Assembly: GCA_965644265.1 (NCBI GenBank)
Contig: OZ286459.1
Coordinates: forward strand, 116,312,001-116,376,000
DNA length: 64,000 nucleotides
Direction: 5' to 3'
Origin: Glycera tridactyla
Taxonomy: Eukaryota
Shown in pieces: positions 14,001 to 27,200 of the stretch. Under the pieces are notes generated by a model. The model was not told the DNA's origin and ran no database searches. It saw only the letters and a program-made list of their open reading frames with translations. Positions within the stretch are counted from its first letter, which is position 1, and each line of letters starts with the position of its first letter. The translations under genes and the position numbers were made by a program.

Positions 14001-17000
14001 TTGTATCTGTCTGTCTGCTAGTCTGCTAGTTCATTAATATCTTTGTCCATCTGTCTGCCTGTCAGTCAGTCAGTCAGTCGGACAGTCTTTCAGTGTGTGA
14101 AGGGGTCCATCTTCCTCTTCGTTTTGGGTGCTCTGCCCATCCATTTTTCAGCTACCAGGCTGTCTTTCTGTTCGCCTGTCTGTCAGTCACTGTCCATCCA
14201 TATATCTGTCAACTAGAATTCAAAATTCATGATATAGACTATACTATCTGTCTCCTATAGGCATCGCTCCTCAGAAAAATATCTACTCACCTGATGATCC
14301 ATCACGCCCAGGTTCTCCAGGCGATCCAACTTCTCCCCGTGGTCCAGCTGGACCAGATGGACCAGATGGTCCAGCTGGTCCTGAGGGGCCCTGCGGACCC
14401 ATCTCTCCCCGATTTCCAGGAGTTCCAGGCGTTCCTGAAGAACCTGCTTCTCCCCTGGGTCCCTGAGGTCCTCGCTCTCCGGGGCTTCCACTTGGGCCAG
14501 TTGGTCCGCTTGGTCCGGCTGGACCAGTTTCACCACGGGGTCCAGCTGGGCCAGATTCCCCGCGATTTCCTGCTGATCCTTGTGGACCTGCTTCTCCGGC
14601 TTCACCACGTTCTCCAGTTGGACCTCGTGGACCTGCTGGGCCGCTAGGCCCTGTAGGTCCACTTGGGCCTGATGGTCCTGCAGGACCGCTGGGTCCGGGT
14701 GGTCCACTCTCACCCCTGGCTCCAGGAGAGCCTGGCGTACCCGCAGAGCCTATGGAACAAGGATGAGAATTTAGTACACCCAAGGAATATATCAAATACG
14801 ATGATACTGATTCATGGCCATCAATAACATTACCAATACCCTGACCAGCAATGCTGTAAGTGATGAGCTTAACAGTTTCTCCATTTCAGTGATAAATTAT
14901 ATGCATATATGTATCTATATACACATATATACATACATATATACATAATGTGTGTGTGCTTCGTTATCTTTATACATAAGTAATAGAGAACATCCTTTAC
15001 CCCAATTGTATACATCTGATGACATAAGATAGAATCAGTCCATTTCACAGCGTGGTACTGCCTTGAGAACAAGGAAGATTCAGAGCACAAGTCGCATGAT
15101 ACATGGTTGTCTGTGATGAGATACACAATACTTATCTGCTTTCATTGTCGACTCATTTTTTATCGTATTTTTCGAGAAGACCACCTCGTGGAAGTAACCA
15201 CCCTTTTGCTAAGACCATATTTAGTCTTTCAGGACAAATTATGTTGATGCGAATCACTCACCAGCCTCGCCACGGGGACCAGATGGTCCAGATGGTCCGA
15301 CGTCACCACGTTCACCAGTTTCACCCCGTGGTCCTGGGGATCCCGCAGGTCCTGTGGGTCCAGAGGGACCTGAAGGTCCTGTCTCACCTCGACTACCAGG
15401 ACTACCTGGTTGACCTGGAGTTCCTGGTTCACCACGTTGTCCTGCACTTCCTTGTTGACCCTGTGGTCCTGCAGGACCAACCTCACCACGTGGTCCACTT
15501 GGTCCTGTCGTACCTGGTTGGCCTGTTGCAAGAATGAATCAGAAATGATGAGTGACTCTGGACAATGTTTTTGAAGTGAAATAGCATCAGCTATCAATAG
15601 CTGGTAGTGGTGGCAATTGTGATGGAGACGATGGTGGTGTTGGTGGTGGTGACGTTGTGGATGTGGCGGCAGCAGTCTTGATGGCTGTCCTAGTGGTGGT
15701 AGTGGTGGTAGTGGTGGTGGTGGTGGTGGTGGTAGTGTTCGATATGATGGTGGTGTCAGTGATGTCAGTGGTGGTGATGGTGGTGGAGGAGTGATGGTGG
15801 TATGTGGTTGTGGTAGTGGCGCGTGCGATGGTGGTTGTTGGCAGACCCATTGATGATAGCACCGATCAAAATGATCATGACGATGGTTTCCGTCTGGTCC
15901 TCAGTGATCCGTATTTCAGTGAAGTGTTTATGATGATTGTCATTTCTGAATCAAGCATAATTGGTATGTTCGAGGTTCAGCTAGACTTCATCAAAAACAG
16001 GTACTGTTAACAAGCAAATGCAACTATCATCGAAACTTCTGTAAGATTTGAATGTCAATTTACCATCTTGTCCTGGGCTTCCAGGTGATCCAGGGGTACC
16101 ACTCTCTCCACGAGGTCCTGCTGGGCCTCTACTTCCAGGTTCTCCACGTTCTCCAGATGGTCCAGTAGGTCCAGATGGGCCAGTATTTCCCGATGGTCCA
16201 GTGGGTCCTATTTCGCCACGCTCTCCAGGAGTGCCAGACTGACCTGGTGTCCCTGGCTCTCCACGTTGTCCAGGCTCACCACGCTGTCCTGCCGGTCCTT
16301 GAGGCCCAGTTTCACCACGTGAACCACTCGGTCCTGATGGGCCAGATGGTCCACTTGGTCCTGGTGGTCCAATGTCTCCCCGAGGACCAGCAGGTCCAGA
16401 AGGTCCGGCAGGGCCTAAAATACACAATGTGTCAATCAATACATACGATATTTGGTGGGGCAGTTTTGGTAGGAAAGTGTCATTCTTATTGTATCGTATA
16501 TTGATAATGAAGTTCAATTAAGTAGCTACTATGACCCAAAAGAAAGACTCCTGAATTGATATATTGATTGAAATGAACAGTACGGATCGCGAAATGGACA
16601 GATGACGTCATGATGTGTGCATGATGTTGCTGTAATGTGTCTGACTGACATCATATTATGTAATGTGAAACCTCATCTGAGACAGGTTCTGGGTCTTACC
16701 TGTCGATCCATCAGATCCTCTCTCTCCAGATTCGCCCTTTTCTCCACGGGGTCCAGGTGAGCCTTGTGGTCCAGAGGGCCCTGAAGGTCCTGCTGGACCC
16801 TGCTCTCCCCGGTTACCTGGGGTGCCTGGTGGACCTTGCGACCCTGGGGTCCCAGGGGTTCCTGCCTCCCCACGTGTTCCTGGTTCACCACGTTGACCCG
16901 CAGGTCCTTGGGAACCAGGAGTACCAGGTTCTCCGCGATCTCCTGGTGTTCCCTGTGGACCTGTATGATTGAAACAGAAATAGGTCATTTCAAATTGACA

Positions 17001-20000
17001 GAAACACAAGATGGCGGCACTGATGTTGGACAAGATCACAGTATAATCAAAGCAGTGGCTGGTGGGTATATACGTCAGGGGTGCAGAGAGTAATCATAAT
17101 TCTGAGACTTAGCTTTTCTACAATGAGAGCACCCGAACGGACCAGGATTGGTCAAAATTGGAGGTTAGATTAATATAGGCGAATGGGAGAGAAGCGATGT
17201 ATCAAAACCCAGGATCTCTGGATTCACATAATCTCAGTAAAGAGGTTGTCAGTAAAGGTAACAAGTTCATATTCTATCAATTATGGTGACATGTCTGAGC
17301 ATAAGCCTCTACCAGTGCTTGAATTTCAACCATGTTCTCTTGTGCTTGTTTATATATGACTGTATGTTGACGAGGATATTCCTACGGTATCTAGACATTA
17401 GTCACGCTTTTATCATCTGGCTTAAGGGGTCTGAGCTCTGAAATATTTTCTCATTGAACAGGAAAACTGGCTAAAGTCCCTAGTTTATGCCAGTTGACGA
17501 ACCACTGCTCCTACCCTACAGGGAATTTCAATAACTACATACATTATGAGAAGCAACTAATATCATTGTCTTCCTACGCCATGTTTGTCTTGTCATTTTA
17601 GTTGAGAATGTTTCGTTGCATATAATGTGACCTTAGGGTCAGTGCTTCAGAACAATATTTACAAACGGTTAATGTTTGTGATAAGCATATTCTGAATTAG
17701 GATATACCATTTTGATTCACATCCCACCCCTCGAAATCAGTAGTTGAGCTTGAGTGCAGGCTTGTTACTATAGACTGCCAACTACACTGCAAGCCTTCAA
17801 TTTACCAGTCGGTATGCACGAGAAAAGCCTGGCACTCGTGACATGACTGCTGATGCATTCACGTTATGGGATAAAACAGAAAAGAATCCACTCTCATGGA
17901 TGTTAATTTCAGCCACTCACCGGATGGTCCAGATGGTCCTGATGGACCTGGGGGTCCCGTCTCACCACGTTCACCACGGGTTCCTGGTGTTCCAGGGGTG
18001 CCAGACTCTCCACGAGATCCTGCCTCACCTCGTGGCCCTGATGGTCCTGGTGGTCCAGTCTCACCTCGTGGTCCACTTGGTCCCTGAGGTCCACTTGGTC
18101 CTGAGAATCAGATTTGAGGCCGTGTTTAGAACATTTCATCACTGATCACTCTATAACTGGGGAGACATTAGTAAATATCTTCCAATAAGAATAAGTGAAG
18201 TTTGTTTCATATCATGATATCAGCAGTTACTCCATCATTGCTGGCATGATTGCAATCGTTTCAGCTTTGTATTTATGAATGTATTGACTGACTGGCTGAC
18301 TTATCAACTGATTGACAGACAGACAAAAGACAAAACCTACACACTTGCACACATAAAGACAAAGATACACACATTCACACGAAAACACACATATAAACAT
18401 TTCCACACAGAAACACATGCAAAACCATACAAACATACACGCAAGTGCATTCCATACCTGATGGTCCCTGTGAGCCCGGTGATCCAGGAGAACCATTCTC
18501 GCCTCTGGGTCCTGTCTCGCCTCTTGGTCCTGATGGTCCGCTTGGACCAGCTGGTCCTGTTTCTCCTCTCGGTCCCGAAGGTCCAGATGGTCCTTGTGGT
18601 CCAGCCTCTCCTGGTGTTCCTGGAGTGCCACTCTCACCACGAGGTCCTGCTTCACCACGAGGTCCTGAAGGACCCGATGGTCCCATCTCTCCGCGCTGAC
18701 CACTCGGTCCAGCAGGTCCCGCTGGTCCTTGTGATCCAGGTGTACCAGGCGTACCTAAATGCACAAATACATAGTAAACTTATCTCCACCCTTGCACATT
18801 ACTCACTTACCAGCTATCCACCACTCCTCTCATACCTCTTATTTCATAAATGTTCAACATGCTTTGTATGTCAATGCCAGTGAACAGAATGAAATTCACT
18901 TCACCCATACTTCTTGTCAAGATTCATGGAAAGTGGGAACAATTGTGTGTGACAGTGTCCACAGTAAGTATGAATGTTTATATCTGGAATCTATGTGCTG
19001 AGTTCAGAGAGAGCAGTTCAGATTGTACAAAATAGGTGTCACAAAGGGTGATTAATTGAGTAATCACTAACGTCATACGAGACACAGAAAGGCGATCTGA
19101 CTGCAGATTGTCAAACGGGAGAAGGTGGGTGATTAAACAAGCTATGATGAGCATTCTCAATATGTAAACCATGAAATCTTGAATACCTGACTCTCCACGT
19201 TCACCCGGTGAACCAGTTGGGCCAGGGGGTCCTGTATCGCCACGGTTGCCAGGGGTTCCAGGAGTACCGGAATCACCACGAGGACCTGTCTCTCCCCGTG
19301 GACCAGAGGGTCCTGAAGGTCCGCTCGGTCCAGCTGGACCAGATGGCCCTGAAGGTCCCGTTTCTCCCTTTGACCCTGCTTGTCCTGGTGGACCAGAGCT
19401 TCCTGAAAAAAGATCCAGAGCAACCAGTGAAACAAATGTCTGGGTATTGGTCAACAAACGAATCAATTTTCGTTCTGTGTTCTTTAAACGAGGATCTGCT
19501 TCCATTTTATTGCATGCATGAGACAAAACTGTGTACATTTTTGGCTCATCATCCTGCGTTGAAGCATGGAGATGCAGTACTAGATCTATGAAAACAATGG
19601 GAACGAACAAGAGTGCCGAGGCGAACAGTGGGAAATTCGCGACCTGTTGCAGGTGTAGTCAGCCAAAGACAAACAATGTCACCTCAGCTGACCTGAACTA
19701 TGTATGGTAAGAAAGCAAGAGTGCATGGGATTTAAAAGAATTCATTATTTTTCACTTGATAGTCCTGCCATGGGACATGCAGATAAGAAGGGGCTATTTC
19801 GAAGGAGCAGTGAACATTATTTGAAGATCCTTGTCCCAAGTCAACAGCATTGTTCAGAGTGTTGTACAGGACTCCTCCTTGGATGGGCGACCAAAATGGA
19901 CGAGGTCCACATTCAATACTGGACTGTTCCACAGATTGAGAGGATCTGCCCTTCTCACACACGAGGATCCCCTATGTGGGGGTAACTGAGTGAGCCATTT

Positions 20001-23000
20001 GCATTCCATTCCTCCACTTACCCAAGTATTAATGGGTGGTCAGCTACAGACAGTGATGATAATTATAGAGTGCTTAGCCTATGCAGTCATTTCCATGTTT
20101 GTGGTTTAGTTGTATATTCACAAGTAGATGCGGGAGGCCCAAGACTGAACAGGCCTGCCAGTAAATGAAATTGTAAAATAAGAAGAGCCTGTTAAGGATA
20201 CCAAATTGTGAAACAATTCATCTACATTTTCAGGAATCGTGGGGGTCTACGGTAGGTTTCACAGTATCACACTGACCTGGGGTGCCAGGAGTTCCAGATT
20301 CGCCCCTTGGTCCAGCTTCACCTCTGAGACCCGATTCACCAGGGCTTCCTGTAGGTCCTGTGGGTCCAGGTGAACCTGATTCACCTCGTGGTCCTGAAGG
20401 TCCGGTCTCTCCTCTCGGACCCTGGCTTCCTGGCGTGCCGGCTTCACCTGGAGTTCCTCGCTCACCTGGAAAATTTGTAGCAACAGCTTGTGACATCTGA
20501 CACATGAATGTGACGCAATAGGTCAAACATGGAATGTTCTTCCAGAATGCAACAGAAGCGAAAACAATTTTGAAATGGCGGAAATTTGCTTTGAGGCATA
20601 TCTATCATATATGAACGTGTTGTTCGGTTAGGTTTTTATATCGAATTTGACTCTTTTGACCCGACTAAGTCAGAGAGAGATGAAATTCCATATATATTCA
20701 TCATGTATAAAGCATTGCTTGTATCAAGTTGAAAGATCAACATTGAAATAGCATAGATATGTATCAGTTATAGACAAATTAATCCGTATGTAGTTCTCAT
20801 TTGAAATTTATCGCTTGTGACCCAACAATGTATGGCTCATAACAGACGAGGGTTGAATTTGCATACTGTGCATATTGTACACTGACCATCTACTCGTAAA
20901 TGTTTGTGAATCTCCAAATTGTTGAATTTCACAACTCATATGATGTTCAATCAGCTCACCCTGTGGGCCTGCCGGTCCCTGAGGTCCTTGGGGTCCCTGT
21001 TCTCCAATGGGTCCTGCTGGACCGGGCTCTCCAGCCTCACCACGTGGGGCAGATGGACCAGCGGGACCCACCTCTCCACGTGGTCCTGCTTCTCCCCTTG
21101 GTCCGGGCGTTCCTGCCGGGCCAGCGGGGCCAGAGGGACCAGTTGGACCCGGTGGTCCGATATCACCTGTCAACCAAGAAAGAAAGCTCAGTCCAGGAGG
21201 GTCTGCATCTCAGTATGTAAGTTACCTATGGAAAGTACTTCAATTTCACTGAGGTAAGCCAAATCTCGAGCTGTCAATCATTTCACAAATGAACCCATAA
21301 TGCATACATCAATTGAATCCTCGTATCTGGCCCTAGGTGCCCCCTCTAGTTCTCTCGCCTATCCCATTTTTAGCAATCCCCTATTTCCGACTCTGCTACA
21401 TTTTGTGGATGAGATTCGGGGTAATGAAATGACTGGGAGGGTAGATTTCACAGAATGGGCATCTGTTGAGAATATAAGCACTTTGAGGTGATGATGTGAA
21501 AAAATGTGAATCCTACACAGTTAATATACGAAGTTTTGTTATGCGGATAGGACTATATATGCGTATAAATGGAATGGACCATGTAATCCTGAAATGTAGT
21601 TCCTTCATCCAATCAGCATCAATAAGGAGGTCTAGCGGTTTTCCTGTTGCAGCCAGAGATCTACTTGAGGCAAGTCCATAGCAGTGCTGCCTTCTTGAAA
21701 CTCCGGCACTTTCCCTGCTGGTTGGGTATAACAAATGCTCTCTTCATATTGATGTGATGAACAGTCATACTGAACAACAGTCATACTGATGCATGAAATT
21801 TGTCAATCTCACCTGGTGATCCTGAGCTACCAGGAGTTCCTGGCGTACCAGACTCTCCTCTTGGTCCAGTTTCTCCACGTGATCCTGGGCTACCAGTTGG
21901 TCCTGCTGGTCCAGCCTCTCCACGAGATCCTGGTGAACCAGGCTGCCCACGTGGTCCAGATGGACCTTGGGGTCCAGGTGGTCCTGACTCGCCACTCGGT
22001 CCACTTGGTCCCGTAGGTCCAGCATCACCTCGTGGACCAGATGGTCCTGCTTGTCCCGCTGGTCCTGATGGTCCACTTGGTCCTGAAGGTCCCGCAGGTC
22101 CAGGTGGTCCAGTTTCACCGCGTTCACCTCCAGGTCCTGTTGGTCCAGATGGTCCAGCCTCACCGCGTTGTCCTGGTGTACCTGCTGATCCATCTGGTCC
22201 TCTAGGTCCTTGCTCACCTCGTTCTCCAGAAGGACCTGCCGGACCTGCTGGTCCGGATGGCCCTGAAGGTCCAGGTGGACCAATCTCTCCTCTTGTTCCT
22301 GGTGTCCCAGGCTGTCCATCAGAACCTATAAACATATCATGACATTCATCAGCATCTGTCATTTTGATTGAATTCGTCGACCTGATTGAAAGAAAAAATA
22401 TTTTACATCAATACGCCTGTTTGAGCATATAACAATCCTCACTTCTTTCCATATCTCGGGCCAGTCTGCAGATTGTGTAATATAATTTCAACCTGAATTT
22501 ATCACTTTGCATCCTTCATATGAATTGCGCCATCCTAATGTTTATCACTCACCTGGTGTTCCGGATGGTCCTTGAGGTCCAGGTGGTCCAGTTTCACCTC
22601 TTGGACCACTCTCACCACGAGGACCGGCAGGTCCTGATGAACCACTTGGTCCTGATGGTCCTGTTGGTCCTTGAGGACCTCGTTCACCTGGTGAACCAGA
22701 TGTCCCTGGAGTTCCAGATTCTCCACGAGGGCCAGCTTCTCCGCGAGGTCCTGGTGGTCCAGTTTCACCACGGGAACCTCCCGGTCCTGCAGGTCCTGCC
22801 TCTCCACGTGATCCTGATGGCCCAGCTGGCCCTGTTGGTCCTTGAGGTCCTGAAGGCCCTGATGGGCCTGGTTCACCTGGGCTTCCTGCTGTTCCTGCTT
22901 CGCCTCGTTCCCCAGCTGGGCCCTGTGGACCAGTCGTTCCTGATGGACCACTAGGTCCTGATGGTCCAGACTCTCCTCGTGATCCAGGAGGCCCTGCAAT

Positions 23001-24148
23001 AACATAAAATGAAGTTTCTAATACCTTCTGAAATGTACTCCCACATCCAAAATGAGATTTCGATCTTTATATTGAGTGTATAATATCCAGTGTAACTCTG
23101 TTGTCTTGTTTCTTATTCTGTCCTGGGAGAGTCTAGCAGACTGTATTTTCCCATTCAAGTCAAACATGGAACACAGAACCCAATTGCAAACATATGTAGA
23201 TGCACACAATACATTACAGACAAACAGAGAGGATATAGGGATGGAGTATCTTTTACACATATAGGCATTAGAACTAATTCCAATAGAAACTTGGTGTGCT
23301 TTAGTTAGAGTTGAATAAGGGTATAGATGTATAAATCTTCTTGAAGGACACTAGAAATCTCAATCTGTCTTACGATGAGTGGCCATTACAAAATGACATC
23401 CCCCAGGAGTCTAGGCTAAACCCTGAATGGTTGGTAGAGGGCCAGAATACTATCAGGGTATTCCATGCATCAAGGTTAGCTCTACCAGGTACATACCACT
23501 CGTGCTGCATTCATATACATGTTTATTGTATGGTGACCTGAATGCTTTGAATTGTCAATAGACAACTGACCTTGTGATCCAGGTTGTCCAGGTGTTCCAG
23601 GTGTTCCAGACTCTCCTCGCTGACCAGGTTCACCACGTGGTCCAGAAGGCCCTTGACTGCCTGGGGTACCAGATTCGCCTGTCGGTCCCATTGGTCCAGC
23701 TTCGCCCCTTGGGCCAGAGCTTCCTGGTGTTCCAGAGGGTCCAGCCTCTCCACGCTGACCGGGCTCCCCTCGCTGGCCGGAATCACCACGTGGCCCAGGT
23801 GATCCACTTGGTCCTGAAGGCCCAGATGGTCCAGATGGTCCAGGAGGTCCTTGTGGTCCCATTGGTCCAGCCTCACCACGTTGGCCACTTGGTCCTGAAG
23901 GCCCTTGTGGGCCAGTCTCTCCTGAAGAGCCTGGTGTTCCAGGTGTACCAGACTCTCCTCGGGGACCGCTCGGGCCTGCAGGGCCCGATGGTCCCATCGG
24001 GCCAGTTGGTCCTGTTGGTCCTGGTGGCCCTGGAGGCCCTTGTTCACCTTGTTGTGACGGTCCCGGTGGTCCAGTTTCACCTGGAATGTCGGAATAACAT
24101 TGTATTGTGTATGAAAACAATCTCACATATCTGTGTGCAGGTGAGCAT

Positions 24149-24203
<55 letters not shown>

Positions 24204-27200
24204 ATGTGTGCATGTGTGTGTGTGTCCTTATCTGCGATCCACTATTCGCTCTGCCTGAAAACGGGTGTTACAGTTATCTTGTGAAATACGATGAAATCCC
24301 TATAATCAATTTGATAATTGCTTACTGTGTCTCGATATACAGAGTTCACTGAACAAGGAATATTTCTGATGACACATACTTGATGTTCATATCTGGCGAT
24401 GTAAGAGATACCAATATTATCGAACAATAGAGATAGTTCTGATGTTATGCATTTGACTCTCGTACCTGGTGATCCTGGAGATCCTGCTCGCCCGGGCTCT
24501 CCTGAAGGTCCTTGTGGACCTGTTTCACCACGTTGTCCTGCTGGTCCTGATGGTCCTATGGAGCCAGATGTTCCTGGGGTACCTGGTTCACCTCGGTTGC
24601 CAGGGGTTCCAGGGGTTCCAGCAGTTCCAGCTTCCCCTCTTGGTCCAGAAGGACCTGGAGGTCCAGCCGGTCCTGACTCACCACGCGATCCAGGGGATCC
24701 CCGTGGTCCAGACTCACCTCGTGGCCCTGAAGGTCCTGATGGTCCTGTTGGGCCAGATGGTCCACTAGGTCCTGTTTCACCACGAGGTCCAGATGGTCCA
24801 GGTGGACCCGTCTCACCCTTGTTTCCAGGCTCACCACGTGATCCAGATGGACCAGATGGACCTGCTGGTCCTGTCGGTCCACTTGGACCGAGAGGACCCA
24901 TCTCTCCTACAATAACAAAAGTAACTGTCTAGAAAATTGTCCCTCTCACAGATCAGTGAGTAATTGCCTTTTCTTATTTGTGCCTTTCCTCATTTGGCTC
25001 AGGACATACATCAGCTCACTTGTCTATTAATAGCATTCATAAATTCGATTATTCTGTTTGAAGGTGAAATGGAAACAAGCAATAGTCCTCAGGGAAATGT
25101 AGCCGAGAGATGGTTTCTCTTCATGGATACATTGCATATAGTATCATCAGTAGTCTCACTAAAACTATTCCAGCTCCGTCATGAGACTGGTTGAACATGG
25201 CAATAGCATGAAGCTAGTAAAAATACATACCTGGAGATCCCGGTGTTCCGGGTGTTCCGCGATTCCCTGATTCCCCGCGTGGTCCAGCTGGTCCACTGGG
25301 TCCTGTCGGTCCTGTAGGTCCTGTAGGTCCAGCAGGACCTCGTTCACCAGACTGTCCAGATGTCCCAGGAGTACCAGCTTCCCCATCATCTCCCCGAGGA
25401 CCTGGTTCACCACGAGGTCCAGGAGGTCCAGATTCTCCAGATGGCCCTGATGGCCCTGAAGGCCCTGGTGGTCCAGACTCCCCAATCGAACCGGGTGGTC
25501 CACTTGGTCCCATCGGTCCTATCAAAGACACATAAGCAATATTAGAGTCCATTTATTTGGACATATCGAATTGATTGGATATCTATCACAACACTTAGTA
25601 TCTACACAATACATGCCACGATTCTAATAAATCATATTATAGGCTTTCCTAATTTCACATACCTGGGGACCCATCAGTTCCTGACTCTCCACGTGGTCCA
25701 GGTGGTCCACTTTCCCCTCTCGGTCCACTCTCACCAGATGGTCCTCGAGGACCTGATGGTCCTGAAGGACCTGTTGGACCTGGCGGGCCAGATTCTCCTG
25801 GCTCTCCCCGACTTCCAGGTGTTCCTGACTCCCCTCGCGGTCCGCTCGGTCCACTGGGTCCTGTTGGTCCTGGGGGTCCAACCTCTCCTCTAGAACCACT
25901 TGGGCCAGATGTGCCAGAAGGTCCTGAAAAGAGCCGATGTGGTATAAGGTCATTCCAATCTTCATAGGTATATAATCAGCCAGTCATTACTTCCGTTTAA
26001 TAGTATTGTAAGTCCTGACTAAAATTGATGAGTTCCTTGCATGTTGAACCTGACCCACAACAATCATGTGCTGCATACCACCAACTTCTCTTTTATGACA
26101 CGTATGGATTACCCTATTGCAACGCTAGCGCGAATATGTATTTTATATTGACCCTTGTATCTACCCTGTCTCACTGTTCTCCTTCTATCGAACCAAATGT
26201 TAATCATGTCCTGAATCGTTGAAAATAATTCAAGCCCTTGCTTTTGAGTTCATGTGAGCATTTAATACGATCCCTCAGGATCTATGTGAGATCAACCATG
26301 TGCATCTAATATATCCACGATGTATGTTGTTTTCTTATTCACAGCAAAATATCGGTCGCTTTTTTCAAATAGTTAATTTGTTTGTATATCATGTCGTAGT
26401 GTGCTGCATAAACTATATTGTATTTTTCTTGTCTTTCCGGTATATTGTACATAGTTTAAATTTCTTGTGCAATAAACAAGTTCTTTATCTTTATCTGTAT
26501 TAACAAATATATGAAATAGATGCTCGTCCAACGTCGACCCAATACATATTTTAGCAATAGCTCATGTAAAAAAGGAGAGATCTCCATACTGTCAAGAAGG
26601 TTGGCAGTTGATTATTCACATGATTTGTTGAAGAGAGATCAGTACACATATTCAGGTACTTGGTTACTCACCCGATGGACCAGAGGGACCTGCTGGTCCA
26701 CGTGGTCCTCTCGGTCCTGCTTCACCACGCTGTCCACTTGGTCCAGAGGGTCCCGATGGTCCAGTCTCGCCTGTCTCTCCTGGTGGACCAGATTCACCTC
26801 TAGATCCTGCAGGTCCACGAGGTCCTGATGGTCCAGAAGGCCCAGTTGGTCCTATAGGACCTGAGGGTCCTGATTCTCCTCTTGGGCCAGAAGGCCCTTG
26901 GGATCCAGGGTTCCCAGGTGATCCTGGTGTGCCTGATTCGCCTGGTGAACCTGGTTCTCCTCGCTCTCCGGGAGGTCCAGATGATCCAGATGGGCCACTC
27001 GGGCCTGCTGGTCCAGTCGGACCTGGTGGTCCAGTCTCCCCTACACTGCCTCGTTCTCCAGGTGTACCAGCAGTTCCTCTCGGTCCAGCATCTCCACGTG
27101 GTCCAGTTGGTCCTTGAGGTCCAGCCTCTCCTCGTGAACCCGATGGTCCAGAAGGCCCACTTGGTCCTTTCCAAAAAAGAATGAGAAAATATTAGTAAGG

